Below are positions 1 to 13,043 of a stretch of 64,000 bases of DNA, one piece after another. Position 1 is the first letter of the stretch; each line of letters starts with the position of its first letter. A model generated the notes under the pieces. The model worked only from the letters and a program-made list of their open reading frames with translations. It did no database searches and was not told the origin of the DNA. Location: the NCBI RefSeq assembly GCF_963921235.1, contig NC_086108.1, positions 10,478,001 to 10,542,000 on the forward strand. The letters run 5' to 3'. The stretch comes from Mobula hypostoma (Eukaryota). The position numbers and the translations under genes were made by a program.

Positions 1-362
1 AACAAAAGCCTCAGGACTCACACCACCAGGTTCATCAGCAGCTACTACCTCACAACTATCAGGCTCTTGAACAAAAGGGATAACTACACTCACTTGCCCA
101 TCCATTGAGATGTTCCCATGTCCAAAGATCTCACTTTAAGGACTCTTTATCTTGTTATTTCATTTTCTCAATTATTACTGTTTATTTATATTTGCATTTG
201 CACAGTTTGTTGTCTTCTGCACTCTGGCTGATCTTTCACTGGTCTTGTTATAGTTACTATTCTATAGATTTGCTGAGTATGCCCACAGGAATTTGAATCT
301 CAGGCTTATATACAATATATACATATATGCACTTTGATAATAAAAATTACTTTGAACTTTGG
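1..362 (+). mobile_element. Rex1/Babar-type LINE 3' end (ORF tail and 3' UTR)
   Basis: CACACCACCAGGTTCA...CATCAGGCTCTTGAAC ORF end, 3' UTR ending AATAAA..TTACTTTGAACTTTG; similar copy at 11775-12090. Confidence 0.7.
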
Positions 363-434
363 ACGAACTGCATGTTTCAGAGATTTGGACTAAAAAATGA
401 ATATCTCAAAGCACGTGGGGGTGCTTGCTGATTA

Positions 435-872
435 GTAAAGGCTTCATAGATTATGGGGAGCAAGACAAGAGAACGGGGTTGAGGGGATCATGATCAAAGG
501 ACAGAATAAACTTGATGCGCTGAATGGCCTAATTCTGCTCCCTTGTATTATGCTCTTATTGGTATCAATGCCAATCCCAGACAAAATTCATTTAAGCTGA
601 GTGAGGGAAAGTCTAAGACAGGTGTCAGAGATAGATTCTTTTGGCACAGAGATTAGTGGCTGCTTGGGAGTCCACCGCCAATGTTGGTGGAAGAAGATGA
701 TACATTAGGAATATTTAAAAGACTCTTATTTAGGCACACAGGTGCAAGAAAAGTGGAGGTTGTGGGGGAGGGAAGGGTTAGGTTGACTGTGGAGTCGGTT
801 TATATAGGTCAGCATTACATCATGGGCCAAAGGGCCAGTATTGTGTTTTACTGTTCTATACTCTACGATCAT
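435..872 (+). mobile_element. Two degenerate CR1 LINE 3' ends
   Basis: GAATGGCCTAATTCTGCTCC and VVEEDDTLGIFKRLL-type CR1 terminal motifs, TTCTAT tail. Confidence 0.75.
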
Positions 873-884
873 TCTACTCTGAGG

Positions 885-1025
885 CTGGTCAGGAGAACAC
901 CAGGAGGACAGAGAAAAAGCTTCAATGATGTTCTCAATGCGTCCTTCAAAAAACATAGCAGCCACTCTGAATCTTGACCACTCAACATGGAAAAGGAACA
1001 TTCGGTGGCACTGGAAACTTTTGAG
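885..1025 (+). mobile_element. RTE-clade LINE ORF C-terminal fragment
   Basis: RTPGGQRKSFNDVLNASFKK resembles the RTE GGQRKRFKDTLKASLK motif. Confidence 0.6.
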
Positions 1026-1439
1026 TTTATCGATTGGGATGGGAGATCGATGAAAATGGCAGAATGAACAGACCACCAGCCGAAGTATCCATCCATGTGT
1101 TCCATCAGGCGACCCCGGAAGCACGAATGGGGGAGCTTGTGGAACCTACATTGTCATCAGAACCCCAGATCCGTGGGAGATCACCACCATCTTCTGAAGA
1201 TGAACTGGAGAAAAGCTGTGAACAGCAGACCTTGCCAGCGACCCAAGATCCCAGTAATGAATTAGAAGAAATCTCACTGTGCTTTGAATAGAGCAAGCAA
1301 TCCCATAGAATTTGTTTTTGCAAATGGAATCTTCTCCCTTAGTGTTCAGCCTGCTTCTGCCTGCCTCTATGCATCTTTTCACAATACTCTCTCTGTCTCT
1401 GTCACCCCCACCCTCCTCCCTCTGGTTTCTCTTTCTTGC

Positions 1440-4400
1440 AGCCGCGCTAACGTAAGCCTCCCTCATTCATATGCATGAGACGCTGAGAGAGCTGCCGAGC
1501 TCGCCCTCCTCCAGCCCGCGTTTCTGTGCGCCCGTCCCGAAGCGGAGAATGCCTTCAGAATTGGCTGCTGGGAATCGGCAAACTGAGGGAGAGAGAGGCG
1601 GGCAGTGAAAGGGTTCGTCGCTCCCGACTCGGGCAGAGGATGTGGAGACTCTCACTTCCCAGATCGGAACGGATGTAGTCAGGATTAAGAGGAGGCGATC
1701 GGGAAAGGGGAGAGCTGCTGTTCCAGATGTTGCTGCAGCTGTGCGGTCTGCGGGTCTGTGACGGGCTCCGTGATAGGCAAACATCTGGCTAGCCCCCAGC
1801 CTCTGCAAGGACAGCGGGGTGAGTCTCTGGAGGGCAGTGAAGCGGGGTGTGAAGCCTGCCTGAGACCACACTGAGCTCTACTGAGCCTCGGGTACAGCCG
1901 CACCGCCAGTGAGGATGCCCCTAGTTCCCCTCCAGTTGATCGTAACCTTCCTGAGCGAGAGACTTTTCCGGGAGGCTCGGCAGACGGTCCGGGAAGCCCA
2001 TTCCTTCTAGCGCCGTGTACCCCCAAGGACAGGATTGCCAGCCTGGGGGCTGTCCTGCTCTTGGCCGGGAGCCGGAGCCTTCGCAAGTGTGGGTGGAAGG
2101 AAAGACTACGAGCGGTAGCCGGGAACTGACCGTGGTGCTGAAACCATCGGCAGTGAGGAGGGACGAATTTGAAGTTCCAGCGCCGTGAATTATTTCGTTC
2201 TTGATGCAAAGCTGCCTTCAGCCACCCCCCCCGAAGGCTGTGGGTTTTCTGAGGTCCTTTCGCATAAGGGGGACAGAATTTTATCCCTCCCCGGAACACC
2301 GAGGGTGCAAAGGGAGAAGTACTGAGACTGAACGGAACTGCAAATTCAATATACCGTTGGTCGTCTCCATCCGCCGCCCGATTCTGTTTAATGTTTCCTC
2401 CTAAAGGTAAACGGCTCTGCACATCCTCTTTCCTCGCCGAGGAGCGCGGTGTTTATTGCAGTATCTTAAACGATCGTTTTATAAGAGTCTTTTCCGTGTG
2501 CAGGTGGTGAGCGGGGTGTCAGTGCGTTGCCTTTCTGATTCTGCTAAATGTTCGGGTTCAACCAATCTGTAAAATGCAACTCTACCCATAATATTGTAGT
2601 GGCGCCGCAAAAAGGGGGTTACACTTTGCCCAGTTAAAAAAAGCAAAAAATATCTCTGCATTTAACTTTTCAATATGGCTGGGCTAATATTACACTACAT
2701 GAATAATATATGCCCAAAAATTCCTTCAGTCCTTGCATAGGTCTTATCGTCCTTCACCTAATTTGATATAGTTGACTTGTTTTCCCCTGAACCACTATAT
2801 TTAGCGTGCGAATCCCGGCTGACCGTCACTGGTTTAATGCAAGAAGCTCTGTAACAAAGCATGATTCAACACAAAACTGGCCAAGATTTCTAGGTGCAAA
2901 GACTGAAGGAAATTTTGAAAGCCATCACACTGTTCCCATTACAAATAATGAGTTGTGGTTCGGGTAATAAAATGCAGGAATGTGTCTGTATTCCAGAGCA
3001 ATGTTGCAGTGGCGAGCTCGCCCGTGCATAACACCGAAGGTGCTATTCCTGCATCACTCTCTCTATTACCAGGTCGGACGACGGAGACAGATAGGCGAGT
3101 CTGTGCTCACATCTCTTCGGTTACCACCAGTTCTCTCACCGAGTGAAACTTTCAGAATTTCGGTCACTTATGACGGGAGTGCATGGCGATGATTCTGCAT
3201 AAAACAAATTCCCGGGGCTGGCGTGTACCCCAGTGCAAGACAAAAAAAACCCACCGCGCTGGCAGGAGAGCACGAGGGTGGGGTTAGTGGGGCGTGGACG
3301 TTGGGAGTGGGTGTGAATGAGAAGAATTCTAAAGCAATGTAGAAAAGTGTGATCTGTGCACTGAAAGATATTCCCAATTGGGATGTTTGTGCCACACAAG
3401 TTGCATAAGTAGTTTTCGAAATTGAATAATGGACTGCTGTTAATTCGCACCGCTCCCTATTTTCTGCTGTTCCGTGTTAAACTGTGTCAGTGACCGGTCA
3501 CTGAAATGATCCATAGCCTTTTGTACACTATTATTCTCCTCAGTCTCGTCGCTGAGCCGGCGAGAAGCAGAACTGCAGCTACTCCGCTGGAGGCGGCTGC
3601 CCGAGCAGTGTCTTGTTTTAGTAACACCAATGGCGATTTCATTCTTCGTTAACCGCCGTTTCAAAGTTTAACGACTCCAGATCGGTCACCTGGCATTTTA
3701 CTGACAACATGGAGGGCCGCGCCCGGAGAAGCGGAAATATAAAAATCCCAGCGCACAGCTGTGGCTGAGATTTATCCGGCGGTCATCAGTACTCCAAGCC
3801 GTTGCACGTTGACCGAGCGTGGCTCCTGTCCTCTGCTTCCAATGTCGCCGAGCACAAGCACTTCCATTTCCGTACCTTGGTAATCGAAATACAGGAATAA
3901 TTAGCCGGCTCACAATACAAGTACTATATTATTAAAAGCAAATTCTTTCCTTGTCAGAATTATATTCCTCCACGCGCTTATTCCATAATATTCAGCTCCG
4001 CTGCTCAACCTTGGTCACAGGGAGCCAATCAGGGAATTCAAACCCCACCCGAATGCTGACAATCCCAGCTCAGTCCGAGTTTGCGGACTTTCAACTTCTT
4101 TCCCCCGAAGCAGGGTTTGCAGGATATTGGGCTCGGAATATTGACAACTGAACGCGAACAGAGGTGGACCCACGCTGGGAACGGGTCCCTGGCCGAGTCT
4201 GGAACAGATAAAAATACTGAGTCAGTGCCGGCCGATCTCCCACACCCGAGGACTCGTTCAGTCCTTCGGCAGAATCGACACCCACCCGGGTTGGAATCGT
4301 GGAACGAGGCTCCAAATCAGGGAATTTCTACAGGAGATGGAAAAGTGGTGGCTAAACTTATGCCGTGAGTGGAGGCGTCATTAAGAATGCATTGAAGGTC

Positions 4401-4700
4401 ACGGTATATCACAGTATTACATATAAAAGACATGCATTATGCAGGCTATGCAGTACGCTGAGACAACGCTGTGTCCTGCACGTTAGGGACGCTGCCTTGT
4501 TGGTAGCTTTTTCTTTTCTCTCACGTCGCCCCACCGCCCCTCTCAGATCTTGTGATCAGGGCAGTCAGCAGTAGGTGAGTGTTTCAAGGCGCGAAGAGGG
4601 TAGTAAACCGCCAGTCGCGGCGCTCCAGGTGTCCGCTCTCCCTCCGAAGGAAGTAGGACTGGTTATGTGAAAAGTTGTCCTCGCACCTTCAACACCTAGT
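1440..4700. promoter_or_regulatory. CpG island, likely promoter/5' region of an unidentified gene
   Basis: GC- and CpG-rich, free of TEs for >3 kb in an otherwise CpG-depleted, TE-saturated window; + strand donors AAG|GTAAAC (2405/2406) and TAG|GTGAGT (4574/4575). Confidence 0.75.
4547..4574 (+). other. Candidate 28-nt non-coding exon
   Basis: Long pyrimidine tract TTTTTCTTTTCTCTC...CCCCTCTCAG upstream and GTGAGT donor downstream. Confidence 0.35.
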
Positions 4701-4777
4701 CAATTTCAGTCCCCCACCTCTCACCACCCGCCCCCCCCCACCTCTGAGCTTGATGGGTGACTGCTTTGTCTGACCAC

Positions 4778-4880
4778 TTGCAGCAACACGCACAAAGTGC
4801 TGGAGGAACTCAGCAGGTCAGGCAGCATCCACGGAGGGACCCTTCATCAGGATTGAAAGTGAGTGAGATGGAATCCAGGA
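4778..4880 (-). mobile_element. Penelope-like element terminal fragment
   Basis: GCAACACGCACAAAGTGCTGGAGGAACTCAGCAGGTCAGGCAGCATC...CCCTTCATCAGG shared with the other Penelope ends. Confidence 0.7.
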
Positions 4881-5044
4881 ATGCCTAGCTGAGTGTATTC
4901 CTACTTGCCTTATTCCCCTCGCTTCTAGCTCTGCCTGTTGCTGGTTCTGTATGTTGCTCTTGGTGTCTTACTGTGCTTGTTGCTATATGAGTTTTGAACA
5001 GTACTGCGGGAGAATTGCTCATTGTACAAACTGTTACCAAAAGT

Positions 5045-5570
5045 AGTTGGTTTCCGTAGGTCAAGGTCGACCACGGATGATGCGTCCTTGCTGTCCAGAT
5101 AAACAAGCCAGGGCAGTACAATATGGAGAGCAAGTTGTTGCCTATGTAGCAGGCTACCCCTCTCCTAAGCCTATATAGTTTGGCACTAGCAACCTGGCAC
5201 AAATTTCTAGTCAGCATTGAACTCAGTGCAGGACTGCCTTAGGGACGCCAACTCTGGAATTTTCTCTTGGGGTTTCTTCCAAAGAATGGGTTTGAGATCA
5301 AAGTTTTCCTTCTGATGGGCTGATAAACCCTATCTGCCCAAAGCGATTGGTTTTTAGGTGCCAATAATCTTTTAAGGTGCCAAGGTCTTTGCCCCTTCAC
5401 CTGTCAGTAGAAACAGTTCTGCTGGGCTTAGTAGCTAAGCCACACTTAAAATCCAGGAGCTGGACTTGATTGTCGGAGGCTATCCAAGGTATATGCCATT
5501 GGGACCATTTAATAGCTAGTGGGAGCTTAACCCCATTACCAACCCTGGCTATAATATCCTTAAGGAACAT
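5045..5570 (-). mobile_element. Non-autonomous non-coding retroposon (family A, RTE-like)
   Basis: Homologous to 10770-11530; 3' part homologous to tails of the tRNA SINEs at 42147, 59010, 60647. Confidence 0.6.
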
Positions 5571-6164
5571 CAATCCGTTATCAATAATATTTTACCTATC
5601 TCATAAACTAAATCTCTCGAATCCTGAATATCTTTTGGCACCAGTCATTGGGTTGAGTTAGAGGTAGTCCGGCTCATAGACCTATACTCATCTAGACATC
5701 CATCAGTTCAGCTTCTCTGTCCCAATGAAGTTCTTGTAGATTAGAAGGAAGTATTTTACTGGAGCCTTTAGTGCAGGGGTTCCCAACCTTTATCATGCCA
5801 TGGACACTCATCATTAGCCAAGGTGATCTGTGGGCTCCAGTTTGGTATCCCTTGTTTCAGTGTGATTTTCTGAGCTGTTTGCTAATTGTTATTCAGGAAG
5901 GCAGGAAGCATTCCAAAAATGGTTGTGTGCAGTTTCAGTCGCAGAACAGAATGTTGTCTTCATTGAAAGGTGATTTTTGTTTCAATTGTCCTTCTGAGTG
6001 TTGTAGAACCAATGGATTCATCTTTGCAGTGTTTGCACTACTCTTGATACCTGAATACATGGTAAATACTGTATAACCCTCCCCCCACTTCATTCATATG
6101 CTTGCACTCTAGAAAAAGAGATATATATGAAAACTGTGTAAGGCTCAATGGTTCAATTTAATAT

Positions 6165-6850
6165 TAGATTACGAGAACACTCAGTCCTCTTTTATTGCCA
6201 TTTAGAAATGCATACATGCATTAAGAAATGATACAATGTTTCTCTGGAGTGATATCACAGAAAACAGGACAAACCAAAGACTAACACTGACAGAACCACA
6301 TAATTATAACATATAGCTACAACAGTGCAAAGCAATACCATAATTTGATGAAGAACAAACCATGGGCAAGGTAAAAAAAGGTCTCAAAGTCCCCGAGTTG
6401 ATCGACTCCTGAGTCCCCGATAGCAGGCGGCAAAAGGGAGAAACTCCCTGCCATAAACCTCCAGGCACCATCAACTTGCCGATGCCTTGGAAGCAGCCGA
6501 CCACAGCTGACACTGAGTCCGTCCGTCTGAAAACTTCGAGCCTCCGACTAGCCCCTCCGATACAGCCTCCCAAGCACCATCCTCTGCCGAGCACCTTCGA
6601 CCTAGCCCCGGCCGCTGAAACATGCAAAGCCAAGGATTTGGGGCCTTCTGCTCTGGAGATTCTGGTTACCACACAGTAGCAGCGGCAGCAAAGTGGGCAT
6701 TTCAGAAGTTTTCCAGATGTTCCTCCGTACTCTCACATCCGTCTCCATCAAATCAGAATTGTGCACGGTCCCCTACTTGACAGATTATAGATATCATTCA
6801 TCGGAGAGGCCGCGCGCACTGCCGTCGCGCCGCCATCTTCTCCTCCTCCT
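6165..6850 (-). mobile_element. ~700-bp non-coding retroposon with AAGATGGCG 5' end
   Basis: Minus strand starts GGAGGAGAAGATGGCGGCGCG, GC-rich head, ends AATAAA plus short tail; architecture like 32533-33265 and 44263-45025. Confidence 0.6.
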
Positions 6851-6854
6851 TTTA

Positions 6855-8806
6855 CCAGAGAGTTCAGAGAGCTAGGTAATGTTAGAGATCTAGAAGATTA
6901 TAAGGCTAATAGGAAGGAGTTTAAGAAGGAAATTAGGAGCGACAGAAGGGGCCATGAGAAGACCTTGGCGGGAAGGATTAAGGAAAACCCCAAGGCATTG
7001 CACAAGTGTGTGAAGAGCAAGAGGATAAGACATGAAGGAACAGGACCTATCAAGTGTGACACTGGGAAAGTGTGTATGGAACTGAAGGAAATAGCAGAGG
7101 TACTTAATGAATACTTTACTTCAGTAGTCACTATGGAAAAAGATCTTGGTGATTGTAGTGATGACTTGCAGCAGACTGAAAAGCTTCAGCATGTAGATAT
7201 TAAGAAAGAGGATATGCTGGAGCTTTTGGAAAGCGTCAAGTTGGATAAGTCGCCGGAACTGGATGAGATGTACCTTAGGCTACTGTGGGAGGTGAGGGAG
7301 GAAATTGCTGAGCCTCTGGCAATGATTTTTGCATCATCACTGAAGACGGGAGAGGTTCCAGAGGATTGGGGGGTTGCGAATGTTGTTCCTTTATTCAAGA
7401 AAGGGAGTAGAGATAGCCCAGGAAATTATAGACCAGTGAGTCAACCTCAGTGGTTGGTAAGCTGATAGAGAAGATACTGAAAGGCAGGATTTATGAACAT
7501 TTAGAGAGGCATAATATGATTAGAAATAGTCAGCATGGCTTTGTCAAAGGCAGGTCATGCCTTACAAGCCTGATTGAATTTTTTGAGGATGTGACTAAAC
7601 ACATTGATGAAGGAAGAGCAGTAGATGTAGTGTATATGGATTTCAGCAAGGCATTTGATAAGGTACCCCATGCAAGGCTTATTGAGAAAGTAAGGAGGTG
7701 TGGGATCCAAGGGGACTTTGCTTTGTGGATCCATAACTGGCTTGCCCACAGAAGGCAAATAGTGATTGTAGACGGGTCATATTCTGCATGGAGATCGGTC
7801 ACCAGTGGAGTGCCTCAGGGATCTGCTCTGGGACCCCTACTCTTTGTGAATTTTATGAATGACCTGGATGACGAAGTGGAAGGATGAGTTAGTAAGTTTG
7901 CTGATGACACACAGGTTGGAGGTGTTGTGGATAGTGTGGAGGGCTGTCAGATGTTACAACGGGACATTGATAGGACGCAAAACTGGACTGAGAAGTGGCA
8001 GATGGAGTTCAACCCAGAGACGTGTGAAGTGGTTCCTTTTGGTAGGTCAAATATGATGGCAGAATATAGTATTAATGGTAAGACTCTTGGCAGTGTGGAG
8101 GATCAGAGGGATCTTGGGGTCCGACTTCATAGGACATTCAAAGCAGCTGTGCAGGTTGACTCTGTGGTTAAGAAGTCATACGATGTATTGGCCTTCATCA
8201 ATCGTGGAATTGAATTTAGGTGCCGAGAGGTAATGTTGCAGCTATATAGGACCCTGGTCAGACCCCACTTGGAGTACTATGCTCAGTTCTGGTCACGTCA
8301 CTACAGGAAGGATTTGGAAGCCATAGAAAGGGTGCAGAGGAGATTTACAAGGATGTTGCCTGGATTGGGGAGCATGCCTTTTGAGAATAGTTTGAGTGAA
8401 CTCAGCCTTTTCTTCTTGGAGCGACAGAGGATGAGAGGTGACCTGATAGAGGTGTATAAGATGATGAGAGGCATTGATCGTGTGGATAGTCAGAGGCTTT
8501 TTCCCCAGGGCTGAAATGGTTGCCCCAAGAGGACACAGGTTTAAGGTGCTGGGGAGTAGGTACAGAGGAGATGTCAGGGGTAAGTTTTTTACTCAGACAG
8601 TGGTGAGTGTGTGGAGTGGGCTGCCAGCAATGATGGTGGAGGCGGATACAATAGGATCTTTGAAGAGACTTTTTGATAGGTACATGGAGTTTCATAAAAT
8701 AGAGGGCTATAGGTAAGCCTAGTAATTTCTAAGGTAGGGACATGTCTGGCACAGCTCTGTGGGCCGATGGGCCTGTATTGTGCTGTAGGCTTTCTATGAT
8801 TCTGTG
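6855..8806 (+). mobile_element. 5'-truncated CR1 LINE, ORF2 reverse transcriptase pseudogene
   Basis: ORFs 6965-8716: [54 protein letters not shown]; frameshifts and stops; TTCTAT tail. Confidence 0.95.
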
Positions 8807-8807
8807 C

Positions 8808-9122
8808 TCAGGGCTTCCATCATCATGTCAGTAGCTTCCTCTCGGTTTTCACTCCTGTCACTCATGCAAGTTCCAGGTGGAGACTCAGGAAAGCCATTGC
8901 ACTCAGATGTAGAAGGATTCTTCATTGCTGTTTCTGTAATAGTCAGGGATTTTGGCCCTTAGCTGAACCCTAGACCTGGAGGACCAGTGGACCACTCTTA
9001 GTCTGGCCTCTACCCTTTGATCTGCATGGCATGGTGATTCTACCAAGAATCAGAGCATGAAGCCCTGACTCCAGCCAACATAGGTCTCCGGGTCATTGAC
9101 AAGGCAGTGGACCTCTTTGAGG
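8808..9122 (-). mobile_element. RTE 5'-UTR-derived non-autonomous element
   Basis: Minus strand GGTAGAGGCCAGACTAAGAGTGGTCCACTGGTCCTCCAGG, RTE-UTR-like; second copy at 43415-43665. Confidence 0.6.
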
Positions 9123-9355
9123 AGGAAATTCTTTAGAGTGGTGAATCTGTGGAATTCGTTCTCACAGGTGGCTCTGGATATTTTTAAGACAGAGGTTGAT
9201 AGATTCTTAATTAGTCAGAGTATGAAGGGATACGGGGAGAAGGCAGGAAATCGGGGCTGAGAGGGAAAATGGGTCAGTCATGTTGAAAAGGCGCAGTAGA
9301 CTCGATGGGCCAAATGGCCGAACTCTGCTCCTATATCTATGGTTTTATGGTTTTA
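9122..9355 (+). mobile_element. CR1 3' end
   Basis: GTGGTGAATCTGTGGAATTC...GATGGGCCAAATGGCC..CTGCTCCTAT. Confidence 0.8.
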
Positions 9356-10104
9356 TAACAAATGTACTTTGAACTTTTAACATAGACACATAAAAACATA
9401 CAAATTACACATTGGTTGGAAGGTAATCAAAGATAAAAAAGACAGTATTTATCTTGGTTTCTTAAAAATAAATTCCTTGACAGAAAGAAATATATAATAC
9501 TCCACTTAATGAGAGGTAAATGTGTGAATCCACAGAGTTGAGAAGAGCCTTGCATTTTATTTCTAGCAACATGGGATTGAAGCCAGGCCTGGATTCTCAT
9601 AGCTGCACTGATAACCATCAGAGAGTGTTGTAGATAGTTCAAATCAGCTTGGAGCCGGTTCAGTTCCATTGCTCAAAACATCTGTTCTTCAACCAAATTG
9701 AAGTTAAGTTGGCCACCTCAATTCGAGTGCTTGGTTGATATAGGAAATGGAGATTTGCAATGTCAACATTAAGCGTTCTCCAGCTTTGAGATTTCTGGAA
9801 GCTCAGAGGATTTGAAAGAAAGAATTAATACAGAATCTGGATTAGTATTAGCCGATCTCCTGATGCTCTTTGAGTATGGCTGACATTGATTGGGGTTCTT
9901 TGCCTTTGTGGTTAACATATGCAGTCTCTGTGCCTCCATCCTCTTATATCGTAATCTCCAACTAAATTTTATTTAAAATCCTGACAGGATAAAGAGAAGT
10001 GTTTAGATCTTTACATCTCCATTAAAACCATCCATGCCTGCTCAAATCTGGCAAATTCTAGACATGGTTTAAAATTTATATTTGAACATTTGTTTGTTTG
10101 ATCA

Positions 10105-10435
10105 TTATGACGTGGGCAATCATGGTCTTTCCATGATCGTGATTGATCTTGGCAAATGTTTCTACAGAAGTGGCTTGCCATTGCCTTCTTCTGGGCAGTG
10201 TCTTTTCCAGACGGGTGACCCCAGTCATTATCAATACTCTTCAGAGATTGTCTGCCTGGATTAGTGGTCACCTAACCAGGACTTGTGATCTGCACCAGCT
10301 GCTCATACGACCATCCACCATCTAATTGGGGGGCTAAGCAAGTGTTACGTCTTTCACAAGCATGAGTTGCGCGCTAGCTGAGGGAAGGAGTGTCTTACAC
10401 TTTCTTTGGTAGAGACGTATCTCCACCCTGCAACA
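10105..10435 (-). mobile_element. RTE-BovB-related (Bov-A-like) non-autonomous element
   Basis: Minus strand GAAGGCAATGGCAAGCCACTTC..TTTGCCAAGA resembles BovB/Bov-A; copies at 46045-46400 and 51475-51750, 5' stub at 45340-45420. Confidence 0.65.
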
Positions 10436-10769
10436 CCATTTGACCATTAGAACTTAATAATCAGAAGAATGCCCACCTTTCAAGTTAATGTGTCAGTTCC
10501 CAATTTTCCTCTTTTTGCTTCTTTCTCCACCACCTCCCCCTCCTCTCCCCGTTCCTCTCCTCCATGCTGCTTCCATCTCAGCCCTAAAGTTCAGTTACGT
10601 TGTGACAGTTTTGAACAATCTTCAACACCTGCTGTTCAGAATCAGGTTTAATAGCACTGGCATATATCATGACACTTGTTATGTGACAGCGGTACATTGC
10701 TATACATAATAATAGAAAAAAACATGAATTACTGTAAAGATGTATGTATATCTGAGTCTGAGGCCTCTG

Positions 10770-11530
10770 TCGGTCAGAATTGACCATGGATGTTACGTCC
10801 TAGCTGTGCAGATTCACAAGCCTGGGCAGGACAATATGGAGAGCAAGCTGTTGCCCATGTAGCAGGCTCCCTCTCTCCATGCATCTGATGAACCCAAAGG
10901 AATGGCAGAGACAGATACAGTTTGGTACCAGAAGCATTGCAGGAGTTTCCAGTCAGCGTTGAACTCAACGTAGGACTGTCTTAGGGACTTCATCTCCAGA
11001 TTATTCCTTTGGGGTTTATTCCCAAAGCCTTCCCCATGGGTATAGCCTCAGGCAGTGGAGGTTTGAGATAAGAGATTTCCTTCTCCTAGATGAGCTGCCA
11101 ACCACGGCTGCTGAGCCTCATCTGCCCCAAGCAACTGGTTTTACGGCACCAGTAACCCACCTTTGCCCCTTTTCCTGTCAGTAGAAATGGTCCCATTATG
11201 CTTAGTAGCTAAGCCACACGTGAAGGCCAGGAGCTGGACTTGGTTGTCAGTCGCTACTTGAGACCATAAGACCATAAGATACAGGAGCAGAAGTAGGCCA
11301 TTCGGCCCATTGAGTCTGCTCAGCCATTCAATCATGGGCTGATCCAATTTTTCTAGTCATCGCACTCCTCTGTCTTCTCTCCATACCCTTTGATGCCCTG
11401 GCTAATCAAAAACTAGTCTATCTCTGCCTTAAATGTACCCATTTAAGGTGCATGCTGTTGGGAGCATTGAATAGGTAGTGGGTGCTTGTCCCCATTACCG
11501 CTGCCGGCTATAACAACCTTAAGGAACCAT
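10770..11530 (-). mobile_element. Family A non-autonomous retroposon split by a CR1 3' end (11262-11442)
   Basis: Collinear with 5045-5570 on both sides of the CR1 tail. Confidence 0.6.
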
Positions 11531-11774
11531 ATGTAAGTATTGAGAAAGGAGAAAATCAAAGTAGTGAAGTAGTGTTCATACCAGACGACGATGCAGCCTG
11601 TTAGAATGCTCTCTGTGGTACACATGTAGAAATTTGCAAATGTCTTTGGTGACGTACCAAATGTCCTCAAAATCTGAATGAAATATAGCCACTGTTGTGC
11701 CTTCTTTGTAAGTTCATTGATTATGATAGATCCTCAGAGATCTTTACACCCTTTTCATTTCTGATCCCTTGATT

Positions 11775-12090
11775 CAGGTTCAACAACAGGGACTACCCCA
11801 CAATCATCAGGCTCTTGAACAAAAAGAATAATTATACTCACTTGCCCCATCATTGAAATGTTCCCACAATCAACGATCTCACTTTCATGTTGTTCTCTGA
11901 TGTTCTCATTATTTATTGCTATTTATTTATATTTGCATTTGCACAGTTTGTTGTCTTCTGCACTCTGGTTGATCTTTCATTGATCCTGTTATAGTTACTA
12001 TTTTATAGATTTGCTGAGTATGCCCACAGGAAAATGAATCTCAGGGTTGTATATGGTGATATATGGCGATTGATTTACTTTGAACTTTGA
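11775..12090 (+). mobile_element. Rex1/Babar 3' end nested in an older minus-strand Rex1 fragment
   Basis: Similar to 1-362. Confidence 0.7.
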
Positions 12091-12189
12091 TAAGGACCAG
12101 TGTGTGTTCCGTTGTCTTAACCTTTCTGAAACTCACAATCAGTTTTTGGCCTTTCTTAGTTTCAACTCTTGCTGTAAACAATTTCTCTT

Positions 12190-12950
12190 AACTTTCATCG
12201 AGTCCCAACAAACTCAAAGGAAATCATTGTGAGCTTCAGGAAAGTGCAGATGAACCATCCCCCCCCCCCGCCCCCGTGAATACATGGGAGAGTTAAGTGC
12301 ACCAAGTTCCTGGGAGTCCTCATCATGGATGACTTCACCTGGTCCCTCAATATTACCTCCCCGATCAAGAAAGCACAGCAGTGTCTCTACTTCTTAGGAA
12401 ATTGAGGCAAGCGAGTCTCCCCCTGCCTCCCACCATCCTATCTGAAATTTATAGGAGCACCATTGAGACTATGCTGCATCTGCACCTGGTCTGGGAGCAG
12501 CTGAGTATCAGACCAGGAGTCCCTACAAAAGAATGTGAGAATGGCCGAGAGGATCCTAGAGGTCTCCCTACCATCCATTTGAGACATTTCTCAGGAGTGC
12601 TACATATGCAAGGCCGTTAGTATTATCAATGGTCCCACCCATACATCCAGCATCCTCTTTGACTTTCTATCATCAGGCAGGAGACTCTGGTGCATCAAGA
12701 CAAGAACGGTCAGCAGGGGAAACAGCTTCTTCCCTCAGGCTGTTAGGTTTCTGAATTCCCTGCCGCATCACATTCAAAGTGTCACTGGATAATCTGTTCT
12801 GTACCTGACAATATCTAATTTATGCACTTTACTTTGTTTATTTACGCGTGATTCATTTGTAGATATTATCTTTGCTAAATTATTGTATGTTATGTGCTTT
12901 ACTCCCTAATTCAGAGAAAAGTCTCATTTGACAGTATACATGTATGTAGT
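12190..12950 (+). mobile_element. Rex1/Babar LINE 3' fragment
   Basis: KFLGV..DDFTW, KKAQQCLYFLRKL, YRSTIE, NSFFPQAVR motifs, frameshifted. Confidence 0.8.
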
Positions 12951-13043
12951 TACTATGAAAAAGCTGAATTACATTGAGTATATATGTATATTAAATAGTT
13001 AAATTAAAATAAGTACTGCACAAACAGAAATTAAAAAGAAGTA

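Noticed and set aside
1685..2422. 245-aa minus-strand ORF
   Set aside because: Expected by chance in a GC-rich island; non-ATG start, no recognisable motifs
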